Below are positions 9,354-18,076 of a stretch of DNA of 64,000 nt, one piece after another (the first letter of the stretch is position 1; each line of letters opens with the position of its first letter). The DNA lies in NCBI GenBank assembly GCA_965602015.1, contig OZ271918.1, positions 1-64,000 on the forward strand, written 5' to 3'. This DNA is from Salinispira sp. GTDB lineage: Bacteria; Spirochaetota; Spirochaetia; DSM-27196; Salinispiraceae. The position numbers and the translations under genes are program-made. The notes under the pieces are model-generated. The model searched no databases, had not been told where the DNA came from, and saw only the letters and a program-made list of their open reading frames with translations.

Positions 9354-10970
9354 ATGAGTAAAAAAATTGCCGCAGCTATAGCTTTTGCCCTCGTTGTTTT
9401 TTGTCTACACGCTCAACACCCTCAGGAACATGTCCCATTTGACTCTCCAAAGCTCAGCCTTGGCAGGCTTCAGCTCGTTGCGATGGGAAGGGTTGGGCTT
9501 CTCAATGCTATGCCTTTAACCTATGACCAATTGATCAGCCAAATAGATGACACTCCTGGATTGAACCTCTGGATTGAGGAAAGGCCGGGAGAGTCAAACG
9601 ATCTTCACTACAATAATGCCAGTGGATTACAGGCTCGAATTAAACCAGTGCTGGGCCTGGAAACCTATGCCCGAGGCAATCCTGATTTTGGATCTCTATA
9701 CCATGGCTACATTGAGCGCCTTCCTGTTATAAATTTCAGTACAGCCTTGATTGCCGGAAGCTATGTCTATCTTTACGCCGATTACGAGCTAAGAGAAGAG
9801 TATTTCGCCGTGAATGGAGATGGTTGGCCAAATGTAAATCTTCCCTCTGATTTTGGGTACTTTGATTTTCAGCTTCCGATACACGCCTATGGATCAGTCG
9901 GGGGTGATTTTTGGAACGTCTCGCTGGGAAGGGAGCGCAAGGAATGGGTGAGCGGAAACTCTGGCTCCCTCGTGTTGTCCGAGCGTGCTCATTTCTACGA
10001 ATATTTGCGGTGGCAGCTGTACTCTTCGGATATTATGTATACGAATCTCCTTATCAATATGGAGCCCTTGCTGCTCGATGGAGAATCAGATGGACCGGAA
10101 AGCAAGAAGACATTTCTTGCTCATAGATTCGATTTTTTATTTTTTGATGACCGTGTTCATTTAACCGTTACCGAAGGTACACTCCTTGGCGGAATTAATG
10201 TCGAGCTTAAACATCTCAATCCGTTGATGATTTTTCACAGCTTCACCGATTGGACCAATGCCAGCAGTCTGTTTTCACTTGCGCTTAATGTCACGCCGTT
10301 CCCCATGATCGAGATATACTCGGAATTTGTCATGAATCAGATTCAGCTCAGTTATGAAACCCAAGTCTATGAAGATGACGCCATGCCCAATGCAATGGGT
10401 TACCTGGGAGGTTTCAGGGTTGTTGTTCCTTTCAGTGACAATTTATCGAATCTCTTTTTTGGAGGAGTTGAGTTTGCCCATACTGATCCATGGCTATATG
10501 TCCGGGAATCCCCGTTTATCAGCTACCATTGGCGTCGCAGAGTTTTTTCCAATGTTGAAGGAAATGGAATAATTCGTATTGTGACAGAGCCTATGGGATA
10601 TCAGTATGGTCCTGATGCAAGGGTAATTGATGTTCATCTTGGTTATCGTTCAGGGCTGTCATTTGCCGCGAGTCTCGGTTTTCGATATATTGCCAATGGT
10701 GAGAAGACTGTCTCTTCTCCGTTTGCCACTGGCGATGAAGCGGTGAAACTGCGGACACCGACTGGCGTTGCAGAAAAAACATACCTCACTTTTATAGAAA
10801 CTGAATATGAGCCGCTTGAGTACTTGCGCCTAACTGGAACCATCGCCTGGTACAATGTGCAGAATTATTTGCACCAGACAGATGAAACGCAATCGGATGT
10901 GCAGATGAGTGTTGGCGTCGAGATAGATCCGGTTGAATTAATTAAAAATACATTAGGAAAAACTGAATGA
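9354..10970 (+). CDS. Wzi-like capsule assembly / outer-membrane beta-barrel protein
   Basis: Signal peptide; SLGRE..W.SG.SGSLVLS, AHRFD, LNPL, MGYQYGPD motifs resembling the Wzi family. Confidence 0.6.
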   Translation: MSKKIAAAIAFALVVFCLHAQHPQEHVPFDSPKLSLGRLQLVAMGRVGLLNAMPLTYDQLISQIDDTPGLNLWIEERPGESNDLHYNNASGLQARIKPVLGLETYARGNPDFGSLYHGYIERLPVINFSTALIAGSYVYLYADYELREEYFAVNGDGWPNVNLPSDFGYFDFQLPIHAYGSVGGDFWNVSLGRERKEWVSGNSGSLVLSERAHFYEYLRWQLYSSDIMYTNLLINMEPLLLDGESDGPESKKTFLAHRFDFLFFDDRVHLTVTEGTLLGGINVELKHLNPLMIFHSFTDWTNASSLFSLALNVTPFPMIEIYSEFVMNQIQLSYETQVYEDDAMPNAMGYLGGFRVVVPFSDNLSNLFFGGVEFAHTDPWLYVRESPFISYHWRRRVFSNVEGNGIIRIVTEPMGYQYGPDARVIDVHLGYRSGLSFAASLGFRYIANGEKTVSSPFATGDEAVKLRTPTGVAEKTYLTFIETEYEPLEYLRLTGTIAWYNVQNYLHQTDETQSDVQMSVGVEIDPVELIKNTLGKTE

Positions 10971-12631
10971 GAAAACGTCTCTTTGTATCCTTCGTTATCT
11001 TGCTTTTTCTGCTCATGACCAGATTAACCGCTCAAAGTCTGGGCTACGTTAATCTAAACCATGGAGCATATGAGTTAATTGATGAGGCCTATGCCTTGGA
11101 TGCCCTCCCGTTTGTCTCGATGGCCCGGCCATATACAAAGCGGCAAACTATTGATTTGCTATCCAAAATGGAGACAGCAGCATTGACTGATCTTCAAACC
11201 GAACTCCGGCAATATTACATAGATCAATTATCCGCTGACTCTAGTGGCTTTATAGAAGTGGAACAGGACAATAGTAGGCTCGCCATTTCAAGTCCCGTTA
11301 CCTTAGGCGTAGCCGCAAATACCTCCGGATTCAAAAACACTATTCCAAGCCTGTCTCAATCTCTTAAATTCTCATTGGAGTTCGGGAGTAATTTGTATAT
11401 CGGCGTAGATCAGATGCAAATATTTCAGCTCTGGGCCTGGGATGATCTGCCTTATGCACATCTCCAGGAGCCGGTGAAATTCGATAATGTTTTTCATGGC
11501 TGGAATTTACAAGATGGTTCACAGTTCTCAAACACGAATTCCTTTCATAATCCCGGCGATCAGCATGTGTTCTATGCATCCAATCAAGAGAGCCAGGTAA
11601 CCATAGGAATTCTGGATAGTATTTTGAACCTCGGGCGAAGCAATCTTAATTGGGGGCCTGGAAAACGGGCAGCAGTACATCTGTCCGGCTCGAGCAAGCC
11701 GTACGAAAATATTTCTCTGATATTGCCAATTGGCAATGTGGGTTCATTTTCCTGGGTGACCGGTTTCCTCCAGGAAGACATGCCCCTGGGTTCGGATTTT
11801 GACGGTAAGCGGATGATGAATGCCCATCGACTAGAATTCCAGCCCTTGAGCTTTATGACAGTATCAATTTACGAAACCGTGTTGTACAGCAATCGTTTTG
11901 AACTCGGCTACCTGAATCCCATCGGTTTATATTTCCTTAATGAAGTGCGTCTGGGGGATTACGATAACAAACTCGGTGGAATTGATCTGCATTTCAGGTT
12001 TTCACCCATACATCTTTATGGATCATTCTTTGTCGATGATTGGACGTTCAGCAGGATATTCAGCCTCAACTACTTCAATAATCAGTTTGCATTCCTCGGC
12101 GGTATTGAATGGGTGAATGTTATACCGGATCTCAATGCGGCTTTCGAACTGACGTATATGAGTCACTGGATATATACTCACCGTACTGATATTTCTGCAG
12201 GAGTAGAACATAATTTCAATAATTACACACATTTCGACAGTCATCTTGGGCACACGATGGATCAGAATTCCATCGCGGGAGAAATCTTTCTGGACTATGA
12301 CCTCAGCAGGAATTTCGAACTCAACTTCTCAACGTTTTTGATGTTCGACGGCAGGGGAACCATTGACGACCCGCCGGACTGGACCTTTGAACGTGAATTG
12401 AGGGGCTTCGAAAGCGTCCGTGATATTTGGTATTCATTTCTCGATTGGGATTTGGATCAGTTCAGTATTGAGCGGATGCTTCAGGTTGAATTGTCTGGAC
12501 AATACCGTTTTCCCGAAACCAACTTGGGATTGGAAGCAAGAATTATCCTTGAATCAAGAGTAAATAAAGATAATGTGGTTGATGCAAATGAAGTCACCGC
12601 ATATAGCGAAATGCTGTTTACCATCCGCTAA
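10967..12631 (+). CDS. Second Wzi-like outer-membrane protein
   Basis: Signal peptide; RPYT, LGRSNLNWGPG, AHRLE, YETVLY, YLNP, DNKLGG, LGH motifs; ATGA overlap with the previous gene. Confidence 0.7.
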   Translation: MRKRLFVSFVILLFLLMTRLTAQSLGYVNLNHGAYELIDEAYALDALPFVSMARPYTKRQTIDLLSKMETAALTDLQTELRQYYIDQLSADSSGFIEVEQDNSRLAISSPVTLGVAANTSGFKNTIPSLSQSLKFSLEFGSNLYIGVDQMQIFQLWAWDDLPYAHLQEPVKFDNVFHGWNLQDGSQFSNTNSFHNPGDQHVFYASNQESQVTIGILDSILNLGRSNLNWGPGKRAAVHLSGSSKPYENISLILPIGNVGSFSWVTGFLQEDMPLGSDFDGKRMMNAHRLEFQPLSFMTVSIYETVLYSNRFELGYLNPIGLYFLNEVRLGDYDNKLGGIDLHFRFSPIHLYGSFFVDDWTFSRIFSLNYFNNQFAFLGGIEWVNVIPDLNAAFELTYMSHWIYTHRTDISAGVEHNFNNYTHFDSHLGHTMDQNSIAGEIFLDYDLSRNFELNFSTFLMFDGRGTIDDPPDWTFERELRGFESVRDIWYSFLDWDLDQFSIERMLQVELSGQYRFPETNLGLEARIILESRVNKDNVVDANEVTAYSEMLFTIR

Positions 12632-12661
12632 AGGCGGGTCCACTCACTTTCCACACCGATC

Positions 12662-14548
12662 CTATTCTCCTTCCGCGTCGGAGCCGGTATCTGGGCTTGC
12701 AGCGTCGCTTTCCTCTTCAGTGTGGAAATTGTCCACCTTGGCGCCCAGGGCTCTAATGTCCCGGCTGGAAGTCTGCTGAAGCGAGGCCACCTGATCGACG
12801 GTGCTCAGGATGCTTCCCGAATGTTCGAGCATCTGGGACACCCGCGTGTTGAGCTTTTCGGAAAACTCGGTGACGCCCTGAACGGTTCCCTCGATGTCCT
12901 GAATTGCGCTGAGGATTTCCTGGCTGCTCTCCCGGCTGCGGTTTACGCTGGTGCTGAGTTCGTTGGCGGCGCTGAGCACTTCCCGGCTGCCGGTGGACAC
13001 TTCGGCGGTGGACTGCTGCACCTCATTCATGGCCAGGACAAAACTGTCCAGCCGGTTCGCCGAATCTTCAAGGTAGCTGTAGTTCTGCAGGCTGACTTCT
13101 TCGGCGGATTTTATCTTTCCAATGATGGTTTTGAGGTTTTGCCTGATCTCCTTGGAGCGTTCGGTGGTGGTTTCCGCCAGCTTACGGATTTCCTCGGCGA
13201 CAACCGCAAAACCCCGACCTGCGTCGCCGGCATGAGCCGATTCGATTGCGGCGTTCATGGACAACAGACTTGTCTGGCTGGCAACCGTTGCAATTACCGA
13301 AAGTATTTCGTTCAACCGGTCGATATCGGCGGCGACCGAGCTGATGGTTTCGGTTGCGAGCTTTCCTTGTTCCTGGCTTTGGCGGGTGGCATCGGACAAC
13401 TGTTTGAGATCATCCTGACGGGTAGAGATAATTTCGGCGATGCGCCGGAGGCTGGCCTCCATCTCTTCTATTGATGATGAACTCTGGTCCGCGGCGGCGC
13501 TCTGATCCTCGGTGTAATCGCTGATGGTGCCGATGCTTTGCGCGATGGAAGATGTCTTTTCCCTGACCTGTGAGATCTGATCACGCATGCTCATGGCCGA
13601 AAATTCCAGGTTGTGCATGTGTTCCCGGTTGGTATTAAGAAGGGTCTTCATACTGTTAACATTGTCTTCAAGCCGAGCGTCGCTTCCCTGGCTGCTCAGG
13701 GCAAAGCCCCGCAGATCTCTAATTACATTGCGGAAGTTGTCAAACAGGCCGTTTAATTCCCTGCCCAGCTGTCCCAATTCGTCCCTTCGCTCAATGAAGC
13801 GCACCGTCAGATCCAGCTCAGCCGCCCGGTTAACACCCTTTTGCAGACCGGCGATTGATTTGATGATGCTCCGGACTATGAGCACCGACAGCCCGATTAT
13901 CACCAGGGCGAACAGGGAAAGGGCGATAATTATCAATTGCTGCATCCGCGCACCGGTTTCAAGAGCCTGTTCCTCAAGGGTGCCGAACAGGGTGCTCAAT
14001 CCGCCTTCGAAATTGAGGGTCAGGGGCTGCAGATTAAGCATGGTCCGCTCAAGGGCTCGGCCGGTTACGAAAACCGGATTTGCTATATCCCTGCTCCCCT
14101 GGTAGAAACCCAGCTTGTAGCTGAGCCCTCCGCCGATATCCCGGTCGGCATCTATTGCCGCCTGATAGGCGTCCAGTTGGGCGATGGCTCGCTGAGAGGT
14201 CGATGAAATGGTATCGAGCTGGTTTTTTAGCTGATCGATATTCTGGCGGGTTTGGCCCGAGGTAACCGAGAAAAGGGGCTGATTGAGAAAGTCAGTCATT
14301 GCTTCCAGGGCATTTTCCCGGTTTGTTCTCCAGACCGAGGAAGCTTTGGCGATGGTCTGGGGTGTTATGAGCACTTCCTTTGTGGAGTGGGAGAAGCGGT
14401 TCCAGCTGTCGATGGCCCGGTACCCGAAACCGATGAGGTTCTGAATCCGCCCCAGGGTGAACTGGGAAAAAAAGAACATTCCGGCGACGAGAAAAATTGA
14501 CAGCACGCTCAGGATGGTCTGAATCCAGAGCTTAGTTCTAATGCTCAT
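12662..14548 (-). CDS. Methyl-accepting chemotaxis protein
   Basis: Two TM helices, HAMP (RRDELGQLGRELN), signalling hairpin QTSLLSMNAAIESAHAGDAGRGFAVVAEEIRKLAE. Confidence 0.95.
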   Translation of the reverse strand: MSIRTKLWIQTILSVLSIFLVAGMFFFSQFTLGRIQNLIGFGYRAIDSWNRFSHSTKEVLITPQTIAKASSVWRTNRENALEAMTDFLNQPLFSVTSGQTRQNIDQLKNQLDTISSTSQRAIAQLDAYQAAIDADRDIGGGLSYKLGFYQGSRDIANPVFVTGRALERTMLNLQPLTLNFEGGLSTLFGTLEEQALETGARMQQLIIIALSLFALVIIGLSVLIVRSIIKSIAGLQKGVNRAAELDLTVRFIERRDELGQLGRELNGLFDNFRNVIRDLRGFALSSQGSDARLEDNVNSMKTLLNTNREHMHNLEFSAMSMRDQISQVREKTSSIAQSIGTISDYTEDQSAAADQSSSSIEEMEASLRRIAEIISTRQDDLKQLSDATRQSQEQGKLATETISSVAADIDRLNEILSVIATVASQTSLLSMNAAIESAHAGDAGRGFAVVAEEIRKLAETTTERSKEIRQNLKTIIGKIKSAEEVSLQNYSYLEDSANRLDSFVLAMNEVQQSTAEVSTGSREVLSAANELSTSVNRSRESSQEILSAIQDIEGTVQGVTEFSEKLNTRVSQMLEHSGSILSTVDQVASLQQTSSRDIRALGAKVDNFHTEEESDAASPDTGSDAEGE

Positions 14549-14661
14549 GTGTGTACTCCAAAGGAAACGATTCGATGCAAGTTTTTACCCGGATTATAGC
14601 ATAAATTCAATGCTGCAAACCGTTAATGCCAAAAACAGGCCATTCATATAGTGATACTTCA

Positions 14662-14707
14662 TGATGAAATAGTTTTGCTTTTTGATGAAATTGTTCACAT
14701 TGTGTGA
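14662..14707. promoter_or_regulatory. Candidate operator in the divergent MCP/regulator promoter region
   Basis: TGATGAAAT direct repeat at 14662 and 14683 (21-bp period) and inverted repeat TCACA-ttg-TGTGA at 14695-14707 in an AT-rich intergenic region. Confidence 0.35.
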
Positions 14708-14730
14708 TTTTTTGTAGTATATTGTGCGAT

Positions 14731-15714
14731 ATGAATGGCTTCGCTGAACGGCTTAAACATCTGCGAAAACAACGGGGTCTCACCCAAAAGCAGCTCGGCG
14801 AGGCACTGGGTCTCGGACAAACAGCCATAGCCAATTACGAGCAGGGAAACAGGAGCCCGGACAGTGAAGGGCTCATCCGCATTTCCGAAGTACTCGACGT
14901 GTCGGTGGATGCCCTGCTCGGCAGGGACAACGGTACCCCCCGCGCTCAAAGCGAAACCGCATCTCTAAACCAAATGGGTCAGGTATCGGCGTACCAGCAC
15001 CACCTGGAAACCGACCCGGCGATTCGCGGCGAAGACCCTCCCCTGGAAAAATACGATGACCCCTCAGAAGTAGACGGCGACTGGGAGCGGGAGCGCTACA
15101 TCAACCTCGTCATCAACGGCGAACCGGTTGTGGCAATCAACCGGGTAAACGAGCTTGCGGTGCTGGGCGTGCCGGTTAACCGGATCTACCGGGAAATACT
15201 CGAGCCGGTACTGGTGCGCTCCGGCGAACTGTGGGCCATGGGCAAGCTGGCCATCCATCAGGAACATGCGGTCAGCCAGAGCATTATCAGTTGCATGGGG
15301 CTTCTGCGCGGGTTTATGAAGCGCAAACCGTCCAACGGGAAACGCTTCCTCGGCGTGGTTGTCAACGGAGAAATGCACGGCATCGGCCTCATGATGGTCT
15401 GCGATTACATGTACATGGAAGGCTGGGATGTCATGTATCTCGGGACATATCTTCCGGGTCCCGAAGCCGCCGATGCAATTAAGACTTACCGGCCCGACGT
15501 AGTCGGACTGTCGGTTACCATGCCCTACAATGTCCATTCGGCTGAGATGCTTATTTCAATTCTAAAAGACGAGTCTTCAGAAAAAATACCCCTCATTCTC
15601 GTCGGCGGCCAAGCCTTCGCAGCCGACCCTGAATTGTGGCAAAAGATTCATGCTGATGCTTTTGCTCGTAAAGGCGTGGAAGCTGTTGCCATGCTCGACA
15701 GGCTGATCAAGTAA
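14731..15714 (+). CDS. XRE-family HTH regulator fused to a cobalamin-binding (CarH-like) module
   Basis: N-terminal RLKHLRKQRGLTQKQLGE...IANYEQGNRSP (HTH_3); W-x9-EH (WAMGKLAIHQEH); GEMHGIG (ExHxxG); VGLSVT; LVGG. Confidence 0.9.
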   Translation: MNGFAERLKHLRKQRGLTQKQLGEALGLGQTAIANYEQGNRSPDSEGLIRISEVLDVSVDALLGRDNGTPRAQSETASLNQMGQVSAYQHHLETDPAIRGEDPPLEKYDDPSEVDGDWERERYINLVINGEPVVAINRVNELAVLGVPVNRIYREILEPVLVRSGELWAMGKLAIHQEHAVSQSIISCMGLLRGFMKRKPSNGKRFLGVVVNGEMHGIGLMMVCDYMYMEGWDVMYLGTYLPGPEAADAIKTYRPDVVGLSVTMPYNVHSAEMLISILKDESSEKIPLILVGGQAFAADPELWQKIHADAFARKGVEAVAMLDRLIK

Positions 15715-15716
15715 AG

Positions 15717-16967
15717 AGTGCCCCCAAAACAGCTGATCGAATCAACATAACTCTTTTGCCAGTAGTCTTCTATGACACGATTACCAGTTCATAGGAGATT
15801 ACCATGGCATTTCACCCCCGTTTCTGTCCGTACTCGGACTGTTCTCAGCATCATCGCGACAGAGAATCAAGCCGATGCTGGTTTGTCCGAAACGGCCACT
15901 ATCACTGCCGCCGCCTCGGTTCTTCCCAGCGCTATCGCTGTAAGCATTGCCGTCGATACTTCTGCGAAAGCGCGTTTCACCTCGATTATCGCGCACATCA
16001 TCGCCTCGATTACCGGCGCATCTTCTCTTCAATCAACTCGGCTTCCGGCATCCGCGACATTGCCCGGGAGTTTTATGTCACCGACAAGGTCATTCTCAAT
16101 CGGCTGAGCCGCCTGTCCCGTCAGGCGATCGCTGCCATGGCCGAGTTATTGAACGATCATACAATCGATGAGGATATTGCCGTTGATGGGTTTGAAAGCT
16201 TTGTGTATAGCCAATACTGGCCGAACAACTTCACTCTCGCGGTGGGTTCCGACAGCCAGGTTGTCTATGCGTGCGACTATGCGCAGATGCGGCGCAAAGG
16301 GCGGATGACCCCCGCGCAAAAGCGCCGGCGCGATGAGCTCAATCGCCGGTATCCTATTGCAGGGGGACAAATTGCGCGATCTTTCCGGGATGTGATGAAT
16401 ACCATTCTTCCCCGGTGGAAGGCTTATTCATCGAAGAAGCCATGCTATCTCTTGAGCGATGAAAAACTCGAATACCGCCGTGAGCTCTGCGCTCACCGGG
16501 ATTGGGCGGCGTTGGAAAATGCAGGGAAGGTACTCCATCACCGAACCTCATCGAGGGTAGTGAGGACCACTGAAAACCCCCTGTTTCCGGTGAATTACCT
16601 GGACCGGGAGATACGAAAGGATCAATCCTGTCATGTCCGCCAGAGTGTGCAGTGGTCAAAATCGGTGAACAACAGCATGGAGCGGATGATGATTTACATC
16701 GCCTATCATAACCTGCTCAAGCCGTATCGGATAAACGGACGAAACGATATCAGCCATGGTGAGGTTGCCGGGTTTGACCGAAAGCGGGTACTCACGTTGG
16801 CAAAAAGGATGTTTACACAGCGGGCCTTCGTTCATCATCTGGTGCTGGACATCAGCCAATGGAAGACCTGGCACCGGATCTGGAAGACACCGGTGAGTGC
16901 GCTGAAGATCGATCTTCCCGATTATGCGGTGGCCTGAGGGGCGGAAATCAGCTGTTTTGGGGGCACT
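15717..16967 (+). mobile_element. Insertion sequence with 21-bp perfect terminal inverted repeats
   Basis: AGTGCCCCCAAAACAGCTGAT at 15717-15737 and its reverse complement at 16947-16967 bracket a single transposase-like ORF; no clear TSD. Confidence 0.85.
15804..16937 (+). CDS. Putative DDE transposase with IS1-like N-terminal zinc ribbon and HTH
   Basis: CPYSDC...RNG...QRYRCKHCRRYF zinc ribbon, GIRDIAREF HTH, acidic candidates VDGFES and SDEK, YIAYHN late motif; fills the TIR-bounded interval. Confidence 0.8.
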   Translation: MAFHPRFCPYSDCSQHHRDRESSRCWFVRNGHYHCRRLGSSQRYRCKHCRRYFCESAFHLDYRAHHRLDYRRIFSSINSASGIRDIAREFYVTDKVILNRLSRLSRQAIAAMAELLNDHTIDEDIAVDGFESFVYSQYWPNNFTLAVGSDSQVVYACDYAQMRRKGRMTPAQKRRRDELNRRYPIAGGQIARSFRDVMNTILPRWKAYSSKKPCYLLSDEKLEYRRELCAHRDWAALENAGKVLHHRTSSRVVRTTENPLFPVNYLDREIRKDQSCHVRQSVQWSKSVNNSMERMMIYIAYHNLLKPYRINGRNDISHGEVAGFDRKRVLTLAKRMFTQRAFVHHLVLDISQWKTWHRIWKTPVSALKIDLPDYAVA

Positions 16968-17071
16968 TCCAAAAAATCCCAAAATTTTTTCGTTTCAGTC
17001 GAAGCAGGTCTTTATTTTTTCCGGTATAAAATTCAGACTTAGAATTAATCCACATGCATCAGGGGGATATT

Positions 17072-17230
17072 ATGTGGAATACTACACAGGCGGCGGAAGG
17101 CCGGAAAGTATCGGTTCATCGGATTATCATCCGTATGTATCTCCAGGCACTTGAAATGGAGGACCGGCGGAAAGCCAGGGCAATTCTCAATTTGCTTGCA
17201 GTCGTTCCCGACAGAATCGGGGAGAATTGA
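17072..17230 (+). CDS. Small hypothetical protein (52 aa)
   Basis: Manual translation MWNTTQAAEGRKVSVHRIIIRMYLQALEMEDRRKARAILNLLAVVPDRIGEN; AGGGGG RBS; stop 1 nt before the next ATG. Confidence 0.5.
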   Translation: MWNTTQAAEGRKVSVHRIIIRMYLQALEMEDRRKARAILNLLAVVPDRIGEN

Positions 17231-17231
17231 T

Positions 17232-17651
17232 ATGCCTGCTGAAGCTAAAGTCGAGAACCAAAAATTTCTGACGTTGGTGCACTGCGATCTGATAGCTGAA
17301 GAGCAGGTATCGGAAGCGGTTCATAAGGACATTCTCAATGGGGTTATCCGCCTTCCGGCGGAAGAACAAGCGGTCATCGATAATTACCGCCAGGATCTTA
17401 ACTCCATGCTCAAGCTTATGTTTAACATCTATCTTAACTTCCTATGCAAGGGCGATATAACCTCAGCTGGGAATCTTATAAAGTATTTTCCCTGCTTCGC
17501 AGAGCCTGATATACCCGCGGTCCTCGATGCCCTCGGGATAACAGCACCTGATGACGATCCCTTTCTCGATAAGGTGGGGGCAGATAAGAAGGGCTGCACA
17601 GAGGAACCGGGCCGTACTGAGGAACAGAGCCGCACCGAGGAACAGGAATAA
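17232..17651 (+). CDS. Hypothetical protein (139 aa) with C-terminal (R)TEE repeats
   Basis: GGGGAG RBS, ATG 17232 within the ORF-track ORF 17151-17651; ends CTEEPGRTEEQSRTEEQE. Confidence 0.6.
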   Translation: MPAEAKVENQKFLTLVHCDLIAEEQVSEAVHKDILNGVIRLPAEEQAVIDNYRQDLNSMLKLMFNIYLNFLCKGDITSAGNLIKYFPCFAEPDIPAVLDALGITAPDDDPFLDKVGADKKGCTEEPGRTEEQSRTEEQE

Positions 17652-17965
17652 ACCGCCGCCTCATGTTTCGCGTCGACCATCGCGGTTCTGCAGAAAAAAG
17701 TTTTGCTGGAAACTATCGCGGTGCTGTCCACCGCCGCCTCATGTTTCGCGTCGACCATCGCGGTTCTGCAGAAAAATGTGTTGCTTAAAACTATCGCGAT
17801 GCTATCCACCGCGGGATTGCGTATTGAGTGGACCATCGCGGTTCTGCAGAAAAATGTGTTGCTGAAAACTATCGCGGTGCTATCCACCGCCGGCTTTTGT
17901 ATTGCGTGGACCATCGCGGTGTTGCTAACCACCGAATCAGGTACGGTGCAGACAATCGCGGAGCT
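17652..17965. repeat. 78-bp tandem repeat (3 full units plus degenerate 4th) with internal 36/42-bp subperiod
   Basis: Units start at 17652, 17730, 17808, 17886; core ATCGCG at 17679, 17715, 17757, 17793, 17835, 17871, 17913, 17955. Confidence 0.9.
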
Positions 17966-18010
17966 CAAGAGCATCTACTCAGTACGGCGCGAGCTGTTAT
18001 TCTAACCCTG

Positions 18011-18076
18011 CATTACCGGGCATCACCGGACATTACCGGGGCTGCCGGGGTTACCGGTGTTACCGGTGTTACCGGG
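18011..18076. repeat. Short 9-10 bp tandem repeat (TTACCGG core)
   Basis: cattaccggg catcaccgga cattaccggg gctgccgggg ttaccggtg ttaccggtg ttaccggg; the last unit supplies the hemW stop codon. Confidence 0.75.

Noticed and set aside
14549..14730. Cobalamin riboswitch near the B12-binding regulator
   Set aside because: The region is AT-rich and lacks recognisable B12-box or conserved stems
17652..17965. CRISPR array
   Set aside because: The conserved part is about 60 bp and the variable part about 18 bp, the first two variable segments are identical, the repeats are degenerate, and no cas genes are in the window
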